Source: Octopus vulgaris
Lineage: Eukaryota
Direction of reading: 5' to 3'
Assembly (NCBI GenBank): GCA_951406725.2
Contig: OX597820.1
Span: forward strand, 102,424,001 to 102,488,000
DNA length: 64,000 nucleotides
The number at the start of each line of letters is the position of its first letter. Positions within the stretch are counted from its first letter, which is position 1. Positions 51,776 to 64,000 of this stretch are shown piece after piece. The notes below the pieces were generated by a model. It was not told the DNA's origin, ran no database searches, and saw only the letters and a list, made by a program, of their open reading frames with translations. The position numbers and the translations under genes are program-made.

Positions 51776-53020
51776 CGAGGGGGTGTTCATTAAAGATTTC
51801 TCTGACTCACTTCTGGTTATTGCAGGAAACGGAACTTGTACAGATATAATTGCAGCTTTCCAATAGCATTCGTCTGTCTTTCACCGTTGCTGAAGTGGAC
51901 TAAGGTGTTATAATGGAGGCAGTTGAATGTAGGTCAGTGATCTGGTTATTATACCTGAAAGGTCGTACACCAAAAAAGACTTTCGATGAGATGAAAGAAG
52001 TTTACAGTGATGATGCACTATCATGCAATATAGACAAGCACAGGCATTATCAGTTCAATTGTGGTCGGATATCGGTGGAAACTGATCCTATTCCTGGACG
52101 ACCACATTCCACTAATGATGACAACAATATCCATAAAATAGGAGCCGAGATTTTGGAGATTCGCAGCATAACTATTCGGACACTAGCCCAAGAAGTGAAG
52201 ATAAGTGTAGGGTCCGTGGAAAACATCATTCACGACCATTTGCAAATGCGGAAGTTGTCTGCACGATGGATTCCCCGGATGCTCACACATTTTCAGAAGC
52301 AGGAACGAGTCGATTGTTCCCAGGCTCTTTTGCCAACGTGCCAAGAAAGCAAGGAGGACTTTTTCGGTAGACTTATTCCACAGGACGAAATATGGAACCA
52401 TCATTATGACCTTGAGACTAAAGTCCAGTCAAAGCAATGAAAGCATGATAACTCATCACTTCCAAAGAAGGCTTGTATCCAATCCTCAGCAGGCAAGGTG
52501 ATGCTCACAGTCATTTGGGACCAGCGCAGAGTAGTGATGATGGGTTTTTTGGCAAAGGGCACCACAATTAATATTATGCTTCTGTGCTGTAGAAACTGCA
52601 GGACGCTATCAAAGCAGAGAGACGTAGCATGCTGACTAACAGAGTCCGTCTCCTCCAAGATGACGCTCCAGTTCACAATGCGCATGTTGCTTAGATGAAA
52701 GCACACTTCTACGGTTATGAAATCCTTCCTCACCACACTTACTCTTCCCAACCTCGCACCCTCTGACTTCTACCTCTTTCTAACCATGAAATCTTTTTTA
52801 AAAGGGAAGTACTATTCGGATGTCGATTAGCTTATTTCCGAGGTAAAGTCTTGGCTCCAGACGCAACCTACGAACTTCTACAGATGAGGTCTTCACAGCT
52901 GCATAAAGCGATGGGTGAAGTGTGTCACCGTTGGTGGGGGCTACTGATAATTATGCCAAGTTTCGTTTATCTCTGACTTTGGTGGGTGGATCAGGGGAAG
53001 TCTTTAATGAACAACCCACG
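51776..53020 (+). mobile_element. full-length decayed mariner (DD34D)
   Basis: TIRs CGAGGGGGTGTTCATTAAAGATTTC / GAAGTCTTTAATGAACAACCCACG. ORF 51913-52440 with ARWIPRML and QDEIW, later LQDDAPVH and YSSQ/LAPSDFYLF. Confidence 0.92.
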
Positions 53021-53092
53021 TGTGTATGTATGTTTGTATGTATGTATGTATGTCTGTATATATGTTTATACACACACACACATATATATATA

Positions 53093-53560
53093 GTTGAAGT
53101 TTAAAGAAAAATAAAAGACAAAGACAGGTGTATAAACAACAAGCAGGTGTATTAGTTTGACGCTCGGGAAAGTGAGAAAGTCTTTTATGTTTCGATCCAA
53201 CGCTCTTGAACAGAAAGGAATAAGAAAAAATAAATAGAGAGAGAATAAAAAAAAACACTTGTAGATCTACCGTTCAAGCATGCCGGCTGGTTGGGAAAAA
53301 TAGGTTTTACAGGAGAGGTCGAATCAAGGGGAGATAATAAATTAGTGGTGATCCCAAAACGAAAATGCGCTTGAGTGTGTACATGTGAGAATGTGTATAT
53401 ACGTGTGTGTGGAAATGGGCTAGTATCTTTGACGTGTGGATGTGTGCGCGTGTGTGTGTGTCTGGATGATGGTGTGTGGATGTGCTGATGTTGTGGGTTG
53501 GTGTGTTGATGTAGTGGAGAATGAGGTGGTGTGGGGATGTGGGAATGATACACACACACA
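53093..53560 (-). mobile_element. PLE-like terminal fragment next to microsatellite, related to 60540-61050
   Basis: Shared plus-strand GTCTTTTA(T/C)(G/A)TTTCGA(T/G)CC(A/T)ACGCTCT motif followed by purine-rich and GT-rich tracts at both loci. Confidence 0.45.
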
Positions 53561-53811
53561 TGTATATTAATATTAATATTAATAATAAAAATAATCCTTG
53601 TATAAATAAACATTTAATTCATCGCTCGTTTCCACAAATCACATGTCTCTTAAGATCACAGTCCGTATTTCTGAGGTGATTAGTGTAGTCCGCAGTATCC
53701 GTGTATGTCGGGTATATCATCTTCATGGACTCAGTTCTCCATGTGATATAATATTAATGGATGTTTACTAGAGGGATGTTTATTCCTTTTGACCAGTGCG
53801 AAGGTTGGTTG

Positions 53812-53862
<51 letters not shown>

Positions 53863-54445
53863 TATATATATAAGTATATGTGTATACACTTGTCTGTATG
53901 CGTATGCACATAAAAGCATTAAACTTTATATAGATAAACATAGTTATATATAATTAGGCCAAATCACAAACACCGATATGCACAAAGATATACGCATATA
54001 CACACATACCCATGTGTACATTAAACTCAGAGGAAAGATTGCAACAAACGCCTTGAACATTTAAGCGTAATGGATTCGTGGCTAATAAATGCAACATTAA
54101 ACGACATTAATTACGATAGCTGTATTTTAAGGTTTGAATTAAAATTTATAACTTACCAATTTAGTGTTATGTATTTCTTGGCGAGACCAAATGATTACTA
54201 TGAAAATTAACTTTACGATTTTCGGTCATTGTAAAGACAGACCGTTGAACAGTTACTGATGACATAGAAGAATATACAGCAATATACAGAATTAAATCTC
54301 GGTGATAGATAGGAAGCTTGACAACAATGGCAGATGAATAAACGTCCGTTTCAGTAATATTTATACATATAGCTGATTTATCGTCTATCTGTCTTATAAT
54401 CAATACCTATGTAAGCATCTATTGTATGCATGTGTACATATATAT

Positions 54446-54675
54446 ATTTCTTTATTACCCACAAGGGGCTAAACATAAAGGGAACAAACAAGGACAGACA
54501 AAGGTATTAAGTCGATTACATCGACCCAAGTGCGAAACTGGTGCTTAATTTATCGACCCCGAAAGGATGAAAAGCAAAGTAGACCTCCGCGGAATTTGAA
54601 CTAAGAACGTAACGGCAGACGAAATACGGCTACGCATTTCATCCGGCGTGCTAACGTTTCTGCCAGCTCGCCGCC
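54446..54675 (-). mobile_element. SINE family A full copy with TSD ATGTGTACATATA
   Basis: Near-consensus sequence; ATGTGTACATATA present on both flanks. Confidence 0.9.
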
Positions 54676-54719
54676 CTTGTATGTGTACATATAAGCGCAC
54701 ACCTCGTTCACATTTTATC

Positions 54720-55356
54720 TTTTATTGTTTACTTCTTTCATTGGACCTCGGCAATGTTGGAGCAAAACTTTGAAGGTTTGGTCGAACAAATCGACATCTA
54801 GTATTTATTCTAAAGCCTGGTACTTCTATCGGTCACTTTTTGTAGACCTGCTAAGTCATGGGGGCGTAAACAAACCAGCACCAGTTATCAAGTTGTGGTG
54901 GAGCCAAACATACAGATAAAGGCGTGTGTATATGTTTGTGCGTCTATGTTTGTCCCCGCCAACATCATTTGACAACCGATGCTGGTGCGTTTACGTCCCT
55001 GTAACTTAGCGGTTCGGCAAAAGAGACCGATAGAATAAGTACTAGGCTTACAAAGAATAAGTCCTGGGGTTGGTTTGCTCGACTAAAGGCAGTGCTCCAG
55101 CATGGCTGCAGTCAAATGACTGAAATAAGTGAAGGAATAAAAAATAAAAGAATACACACATATATGTATATATCATATATATATAGGCGCAGGAGTGGCT
55201 GTGTGGTAAGTAGCTTGTTTGCCAACCACATGGTTCCGGGTTCAGACCCACTGCGTGGCACCTTGGGCAAGTGTCTTCTACTATAGCCTCGGGCCGACCA
55301 AAGCCTTGTGAGTGGATTTGGAAGACGGAAACTGAAAGAAGCCTGTCGTATATATG

Positions 55357-55389
<33 letters not shown>

Positions 55390-55455
55390 ATGTTTGTGTA
55401 TCTGTGTTTGTCCCCCCAACATTGCTTGACAACCGATGGTGGTGTGTTTACGTCA
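54720..55455. mobile_element. cluster of SINE family B pieces: 3' half minus (54720-54915), 3' half plus (54935-55150), 5' part plus (55185-55455)
   Basis: Matches to 41680-42043 in both orientations. Confidence 0.85.
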
Positions 55456-55459
55456 CATA

Positions 55460-55720
55460 GGTTTCTGCGCTACGGTACATAGTCTTTCCTCACTCAAATT
55501 TAGGAAAGAAAAGATAAACTGTACTTCTTTAAGTAAATATATTTGGAGATTAAAAGACAGGAACACTAAGTACGACATAAAACGATCAATTAGAAGTAGA
55601 GTTTTACCGTATACAGGTGGTCATTTATATCCGACTTTTGTTTCGAAGAAATATTCGGCACCTTTACATGCAAATCTAATGTATTATACTGTGGAGATGA
55701 ATTAACGATAAAATGTTCGC
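55460..55720 (+). mobile_element. Penelope-like GIY-YIG endonuclease C-terminal fragment
   Basis: FRKEKINCTSLSKYIWRLKDRNTKYDIKRSIRSRVLPY matches the PLE motif STxLSKYIWxLK..YxIKWxI...PY. Confidence 0.75.
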
Positions 55721-55721
55721 A

Positions 55722-55816
<95 letters not shown>

Positions 55817-56359
55817 ATACATATATATACATATATACATATATATATTAAATTAGAGAAAACCACTATTAGGCAAATCAAACAGTGAAAAACATAAACC
55901 AAAACATAGAAATAAATAAATTAAATATATATATATATATATATATGCATATATATATGCAGAAATTTCTTTTTAATATTTCCCTATACTTAAGACTAAT
56001 TCACTTAAATAAAAGGTAGGCATATATAAGCCTTCAGGTAATATTCTCCATATAGTCATTAAATAATTTTAACTATTCTACTATTGGAGGGATATTATTT
56101 CTCTTTTTTCCTATTTTGTCTTAATATCTTTACTAATCCTTCTGACAAACTTTTAGGTTCCTTGGCGTTTACTTTAAATCAATTTATAATATTTTACACC
56201 TTTATTATAATATTTGCTTTATTTTTTCGAACTTTCTTAATGTCTTGTTATTTGACTACCTTATACCTTAGATTAGAAATATGCAAGCCTTGTGCCTTGG
56301 AGCCATCTAGCCATCTATTTTCTGCGTTGCGTCTCGCATTATCCACTCAGTAAATATGT

Positions 56360-57740
56360 TGAATAAGCATAGAGAAAGAGTACAGCCCTGACGATCTCAA
56401 ATCTCATTTTTTAAATTTTCTGTATTCTCATCATTTATTCCAATGCAAGGCTTTTGCTGAATGTAAACATGCTTGATGAGACTAATGATGTGTTTCGGAA
56501 TGCCAAGATTAGACATGATGCGCCACATATGACTATAGTTTCCACAGTCAAAGGCATTTCTGCTCTCCGTAGTCTATGTAGCAAAGGAAAGTGTTCAGGT
56601 TGCGTACGCTTTTGTTGTTTTTCTAAAATTGTGCAGATGGTCTCTTGTGCCACATCTGGTTTAGAGCCAGCCTGTTCTTCAGCTAGTTCATGTTCAAGGA
56701 ATGGTTGCAAAAGTTCCAGGATGATAACCAAAAGTACTTTACCTGCATGTGACATCAGAGCAATTGTTCTATAATTATCGCACATAAGCAGATCTTCACC
56801 TTTTCATACGGGTACTTTGTCCTGCACCCTTGATTCATTCAATAAATACTGTAAATAGACCTGGTGCTTTCTTGTTTTTCATAATTTTTTCTTATCTCTT
56901 TCTACCTCACTTAGTGGTTCAGATTCTTTTTCATATCCTAAATCTGTGTCAACCAAGGCGACCCGTGGATCACTTCAATACAATTTCTTTGTGTATTCTA
57001 ACCATCTTTGCTTTACTTGTTGTGCCACTGTTATGACTATTCCTTCTTGTGGTTTACACTATCTATGTTTGCAGTATATTCTCTTTTGAGTTTCTTCAAC
57101 TGTCTGAAAAGACCGTACGAGTGATTCTGTTTTGCTTGCTCATCTAGATTTTTGCACAAATTGGTTATGTAATTGTTTTTATCTTTCTGACATTCTCGCT
57201 TGACTTCTTTTATGTTTTATCGTTTACTTGTTTCAGTCAGTAGACTGCAGTCATGCTGGAGCACTGCCTTGGAGAATCTTTTAGTCAAACGAATCGACCT
57301 CATTTTCGAACGAATCGACCCCAAGGTCGAACGAATATTTGTTGGCTATTTTTATATTTTCCGTGTCGAAACTGAAGGTTCTTGTTTTCCTCCTTTCTCA
57401 ACAAGATCTTTAGTTGCTATAGATATCCATGGTTGCCTTTTCACTCTCTTTCTTTTTAGTAAGTGTATTTCGGCCGATTCAAGTATTTCATTTTTCATCA
57501 ACTGCTTCATGTCGTCTGGGATCTTCTCTTCTTGCATCACAAGTTGTGTTTCAAATTTATTGCTGATATCTACCGTGTATTCTATGTTGAGAGTTTCATT
57601 ACCACCTCCACATTTGTATCCCTTCTTTTATCTTCTTTCCTCCTTTCTCTGTGTGATATTTTGGTCACTTCATTCTACCGTTACTTATATTAGTTCTCTT
57701 CAAATTCCCAAAGGGAACTTACGCTATTTGAGTAATATCG
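56360..57740 (-). mobile_element. decayed RTE-clade LINE fragment (linker and RT start), interrupted by a SINE B tail at ~57210-57330
   Basis: CDNYRTIALMSHAGKVLLVIILELLQPFLEHELAEEQAG and KRQPWISIATKDLVEK. Confidence 0.85.
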
Positions 57741-58841
57741 GGGTCTTAGAGCTAGCGAATATTATGAGCATGGAAATAACATTACGAAGCTGAAAGGAGC
57801 AGGCCTTATAAATCGAAGAGGAGACGAAAAAGTTCCTACGTGACTACATTACTGAGAACAATGGTTTGAAATAAAAAACCGAAGAATTCCTTAACAATTG
57901 TATTACAGATCAATACAAACATGACTTATATCTCATCTGTAAAGGCAAAATTCATATAAAAAGTTGAGAACGATGCAATAAAACATCACAGAAAAAAAAT
58001 ATATTCCATGCTCCAATATATTTTGAAGAATATTCGATTAAACACATAAAAAAGTGATTAAACACATAATACAAGTAAAGGAAGCTTCATAAATACCAAT
58101 GAACCAACCAAACTTGTAACTGATTTTCTTTTTTCTGGTCCTACGCTCAAGGTTTCTTGTACCAAGGCAAACTGGTAATAATAACCTGAGGGAAAAATAT
58201 GTCCGACAATCACGTAAAAAAACGTTGTTTCTTTATTGGTGGTATGAAGAGACATACGTCTATATGTCTGTATAAAATACTAATTGTTATGACTTTGCAT
58301 CGTATTCAGCTGAAATAGCAATAGTTGTGGATAAAAGCTACAAATCATAGGCAGAGCTAATAAAGCAATCTTCGGCAGCTCATTAACAAGCTTTCATTAG
58401 CTAGTCAGCTGCCATAATCATCATCATTATCTTCATCACACACATTCACATACGCATGCTTAGACGCATATACACACACACGCACACACATGTGTTCACA
58501 AAAATGTGTGTGTGTTAGAGCATGTACCTATAAATGTATTAACAGATACGTATGCTATATATTCATATATAAACATATTATACACACTGACATACACAGA
58601 CACACACGCACATACACACACATACACACGCACACTCATGTACACATATACAGCAATCTCTATATCTTTTTATCTCTCTATATATTGCTTTATATATCAG
58701 ATGGCATATATGAATAATCAGTGTGTATATTACATAGTTACGTGTGTATATATATGTGCGTGTGTGTTTATGTATATGTGTGTATACAAATGCATATATA
58801 TATATATAATCAGAATAAGCAACAAGAATGACTCCGGTAAT

Positions 58842-58927
58842 TTGGTACGATCGTTTCGTACTACATCATTTTATTAAATGTTGTAAGTATTACAACAGAT
58901 TTAAGATGCTGAGTACTCATCAGCCAA
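58842..58927 (-). ncRNA. type I hammerhead ribozyme, canonical core, 59-nt stem II
   Basis: TTGG-CTGATGA-[GTACT..CATC TTAAAT..TGTTGTAA TAC TTACAACA TTTAA..GATG TAGTAC]-GAAA-C-GATC-G-TA-CCAA. Stem II closes G-C, stem III ACGATCGT is palindromic, triplet GUA. Confidence 0.9.
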
Positions 58928-59033
58928 TTATAGAGATTTTCCATTAATACAAAAATTTTCAAATCAAGTGGCAACATTATAGAGAAGGTAGATATATAAA
59001 CAAAGATGTGGATTTAAATTTTAAGAATATATG

Positions 59034-59100
<67 letters not shown>

Positions 59101-59104
<4 letters not shown>

Positions 59105-60460
59105 AAATCAGAGTGCTATTGATGCGAAGATTACATTCCGCCGCATGATCCAGGAGAAGCTGGCCATTCCTGTTGGTCTCATTATACAATGTGAAGCGGA
59201 CTGCATCCTCACCTAAATGGGATTTAAAATCGCCGCATTCTATGGTAGCATGGTATTTTGTCTCTGTGGGTTAATAACTACTGTGGCGAATGGATTTCCA
59301 TTGAATGTAGCTGTGACTATTCTGTCATTTACTGGTATTACTTCGGCGAATGCTTTCTCTGCCAAACCGTTGATTACTAATCGTACTCTTCTGCTGCAGC
59401 ACCATTAATAATTCTGTATGCACTTGTTATTAGTGTGCAGCCTTCAAGTCGTTCAATGAAAGTAGGGTCTTCTTCATGCAATATATTGTGTTCAAGGGTT
59501 TAGTTTGCATTTGTTAAAGTTGTTAGCCATCTCCAGACGTTTCTCTTCTCCCCTAAGTCTTCTTACATTGAGTGTTTCAATTTGCAGTTACATTTTACTA
59601 TTCATAAGTTTGCTTTCTCTGTTCTTGCTATCAGCTACTTCTCTTCCAGTTTTATTTAGAAAAGTTCCTTCATCAGTCTTTATGCGACTTGCTTGAACAT
59701 CCGGAATATCTGAGTCGGGGGCTCTAACCCTGGTGCCGTTAATTAGTGGATTCATAGGGATTTCGGTTGCACATACTATAGGAGTCACAAACCGCTGCTC
59801 CACGTGGTCTCGCAGTTTCTTTCTAACTAGGAATATTAAGGTCTCATCAATTGTCATGTATTCAAGACCTTCTGCATGACATCCTGTTAGTTCGAAGTCA
59901 CAAGTCTGATCTGTTAGGTCCTGCCGATAACTAAAACCACGCCCTGCTGTCGACGCTTCGATTTACTGTCATTGAGGTTACTCCTCTAATGGTTAAGGTT
60001 TTGTTTGTATCATACTCTTTAACCTGTCTGGCCTGGTGAAACCTGCCTGAAGATTTCTCTTCCTCCAGCATAACTCTCCGGGTCAATGGAGCAAGCAGAC
60101 ACTTCATTGCGACAAGGTAATTGGCCGTTGACTACGCAGGTCTTAATTTTTGTCCCGTAGAGTGTCAAACAATCACCCTCCTCACTTGATGGGGTTACCA
60201 GTTTAGTCAACGACGACCCGACCATGTGACAGGTTGTACTGGGTTACATGATACCAGTAGCGCTAAAGAGCAATCTGACATGAATACATTATGCCTTGCT
60301 ATATCATGCCTTGCCAAAACATCTGAGAGGTCTTCATGGAGTAGGAGTAGTTGCTTTTCAAGGTTCCAGATGAACCTATACAACGTTGGGAAACGCAAAA
60401 GAGGGCAGCAGTCTCGAACTCCCTCCTTCACCAAAAGCCAATCACATAAGATGGCCATTG
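59101..60460 (-). mobile_element. RTE-clade LINE 5' region (5' UTR and decayed AP endonuclease)
   Basis: TLNVRRL, ITPVNDRIVTATFNGNP..TVI, GDFKSH and ETNRNGQLLLDHAAECNLRINST. UTR motif ACCTTGTCGCAATGAAG..GACCCGGAGAGTTATGC resembles RTE 5' UTRs. Confidence 0.75.
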
Positions 60461-61284
60461 AAAAGGTGATTACACTGGTGGTGCTCCAGCCTGGCTGCAG
60501 CCTTAGTGCTGAAACACATGAAAGAATAGAAGAATGTAAGTGGTCGAAAATAAGAAAACACGAAGACTTGATGGAAGAACAAGGTATATTAGGTTTACGC
60601 TCAGGAAGAATGGAAGACGTCTTTTACATTTCGAGCCTACGCTCTGCTACAAATAGGGAAAGAAGTATGGAGAGAGAAATAATAAAAAAAAAGAAAAAAG
60701 TCTTTGCCTTTAACGGCCAAGGCGTGCGGAAATGATTGAAAGAGGAAAAAGAAGACTTGCAGCATGGGTGACAAGGGAGACAACAGTGATGTAACATGAG
60801 TGTGTCTACACAAGCCTGTGCACGTGTATATGTGTGTATAAGTGTGTGCGTCCGTGTGTGTGAATAAGTACATGTATATACATGAAGATATTGTGTGCGT
60901 GTGTATATGTACATGGGAGCGTGCGCACCTGTGTTTGCGAACAAGTGCATATGTGTGTACGAAGTAATGTGTGCATGTATACTCTGTGCTAGAACCAGGA
61001 CGTAAATCAAGGAAATGTTTTAGTGCGAGGAGTCCTTCATTGTAAGAGATGTATTTCTTATTTTTATAAATGACAAGTCCTAAAATATTTCAGTTCATAC
61101 ACACATATATTGATACATGCAGACACACACACATGTACACACAAACACACTCGCACAAACACACACACACACACACATTGAGGTAGATACTTTAGGAATT
61201 GTCAGTTATAAGAATAGTAAAGATATCTATTTAAATAAAGTATTTAATACATGCTATGATTATATATATCTATATCTATCCATA

Positions 61285-61408
<124 letters not shown>

Positions 61409-61756
61409 TATATACATATATATACATATATATATATGCACATAAATAGTATACGTTCTACAATTGTACTAAGCGCTTCTGATCAGTGTCATGCCATCAC
61501 AACAAAGAAATATTAGAGAACCATGTTGGTATAGGGTTTAAATAGGATATATTCAAAGTTGCAGCAAGTGAAACAAAATAAACATAAAATTTCGGCAATA
61601 TTTTATATCTGTTTTGTAAATTTATTCTACGTCTGTGTGTTTTTTTTATAGTAGTTTACTTCCAGCAGTGTAGGTGTTACGAACAGTAATCAAACTACAT
61701 TACATCCCCAACCCACATATATGTATATCTATATCTATATCTATATCTATATCTAT

Positions 61757-61840
<84 letters not shown>

Positions 61841-61846
61841 TATGTA

Positions 61847-61904
<58 letters not shown>

Positions 61905-63060
61905 CGAGTGCATATTTGTATATATATATATATATATATATATATGGGGGGGGGTACGTAAATACGTACGTACATATGTATGTATAATAGCAAAACGGAT
62001 CACGATCGTAATTTCTATGACAAGAGATAAAAGCATCCAACTGAGCAAGCGTACAGCCAAGCCAAAAAGGATGATCTCGTGGTATCTTTAAGGGAAAGAA
62101 TGAGTGGAAAGAAAGAGCGGGTAATAAAGGATGGAGATATTGGGTGAAAGAGAGGGAATCGTCGTACAAAGGGAAGAAAGTGTAAGACTGGATAAAACGA
62201 GAAAAGAAGTAGATAGAAAGCTAGAGAATAAATACGAAGTAAGATAGTAGAAGATTGTGGAAGGAGAAAACGAAAGGAATAGACAGTTAATAGTTCTGAC
62301 GCTGGGCAGAGGAAGAAATAGAAGGGTAAATAAAGAGAGAGAGAGAGAGGGAGAGATAGAGAGAGATAGAGAGAGAAAGAGAGAGAAAGAGACCAAGGTA
62401 GAATGATCTGTAGATATATATGAATATACGGATAGAACGACAAGGAATAAAAGAACAATAAAAGAAGATAGAAATGATTGAGTGAGAAAGGCAGATGGAA
62501 AAACCAACAGAGGGTGAAGGTAATGAAGAAGAAAAAAGAGATAAGTGGAAAGAAGTTGCCATACAAAATGGAAACTACTATATAGGGGACCAGTGGAGGT
62601 GGAGAGGGAAATATGCGTAGCGTTACATTAATAAATAATAAAATGTTATAACTGAAAATCCAACGAATGAACATACGGAAAACAGGAAAAATATACAAAA
62701 TACGTGGTCATGTCCACCCCTCATCAGTTATCAACCAAAAATCATCACAATTTCTACACCTTCTCATATTAGCGTTACATAGTAGAGTTTCACATGTCTT
62801 AATCCTGTTGTATAGCTGGAAGACCTTCGGTATCTACAAAATACTTATATTGTTTACTGATTGTTTACTTTTCCGTTACTGTACTTGCTTTCTAGTTTCA
62901 TATATTTTCGCGTTAGGTCTAGAGAAACGCGTCTTTTTTGTATTTTTCTCATTCTATATTTCATGTTCGTTCATTTATATCTGAGCAGCATTTTGCTGTT
63001 GACGCCAATAGATTAAACAATATGACCTATACGACGTCGTAATTGTGAAGGTGTTTGGCC

Positions 63061-63108
63061 GATAACTGATGAGAAGTTAGTGTGTACACAAACATTGTGT
63101 GTTTTATC
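63061..63108 (+). ncRNA. degenerate type I hammerhead-like motif
   Basis: GATAA-CTGATGA-..-CAAA-CA TTGTG TG-TT-TTATC. Stem I GATAA/TTATC is intact, GAAA has become CAAA, and stem II is decayed. An inverted partial partner CTCATCAGTTATC lies at 62720-62732. Confidence 0.5.
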
Positions 63109-63183
63109 CGGTTTAATGTATCTTCTTGCGTCATCTTTCTAGCCCTAACATTTTGCTATTATGTAAAAGACACACATTCAAGT

Positions 63184-63220
<37 letters not shown>

Positions 63221-63276
63221 TATATACATATGCATATATACATATTCATACATATATATATTCATACATAAACACA

Positions 63277-63330
<54 letters not shown>

Positions 63331-63631
63331 ACAAATGACAGACAGAAAATGGAATATACGAGAAAATATTATTAATCACAACAATTGTTTCGACACATCT
63401 AGCATCGATTCCTCTTGTGGGACACTCAAAAACTGGTTTAGAAGTATACGGTGGCGCAGATGTATTTCGCCGGGTGATAAACAAATAAAAAAACTTGTTA
63501 AAATGACTGTTCTACAATGCGACTTTCTGTTTTGTAGAGAAAAAAACAGCCTGATGGAGGAAAATTCATATATATAGAAGATCCAAAAATAAAATTATTG
63601 AAGACAATAAGAGAAACGAACATTTAATCTA

Positions 63632-64000
63632 ATGTCATTAAGAATGAAATGTCCAAATTTCACGGTTGTTAACTCTAATGTTTTATCCTGACAATTATCT
63701 GTTCTACAACATTGAAAAGTTACATCATAACTTTTCGAAATGCAATTCATGGTGCCTGATTATATTATGAGTTTTCTCTTGTAAATCAATTTTTGTGAAT
63801 TGATGGATAGATCAAAAATTCGTGTTGTTTATGAATATGAGTTCCGTCGTGGATCCAATGCATCCCAGATAGGTATTTGGTGAAGATGTGGAGCATTAGC
63901 GCACTGTACGTCGATGGTTTGAGAAGTTCCGCTCTGGTGACTTTGCTCTTGAAAATCACCCCCGTGGCAGACCTGAGACCAAGGGGGATAATGATGGACT
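63632..64000 (+). mobile_element. mariner 5' portion, same family as 31970-33232, cut by the window end
   Basis: TCATTAAGAATGAAAT TIR. 63735-64000 is nearly identical to 32090-32355. Confidence 0.9.

Noticed and set aside
60200-60460. HDV-like ribozyme at the RTE 5' end
   Set aside because: Expected from some RTE families, but I could not identify the nested double-pseudoknot pairings by eye.

Overview
Eukaryotic, AT-rich, extremely microsatellite-dense DNA with no intact protein-coding gene. The SINE families and the (TA)n/(CA)n/(TATC)n load suggest an octopod cephalopod intergenic or intronic region (inference). Nearly all supplied ORFs are microsatellite translations. Supported content: decayed Ty3/Gypsy, RTE-clade LINE and Penelope-like (PLE) relics; several mariner (DD34D) copies; one DD41D Tc1/mariner carrying a nested stack of insertions; several long-TIR non-autonomous elements; many copies of three tRNA-derived SINE families; and one possible 81-nt host exon. 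The most notable signal is a dense set of type I hammerhead ribozyme motifs: three with intact canonical cores and about six variant or degenerate ones. They sit in PLE-like termini, mostly next to (TA)n tracts. They have palindromic stem III sequences that differ between families and stem II inserts of 10-77 nt. Coordinates were read by eye and element boundaries are approximate.
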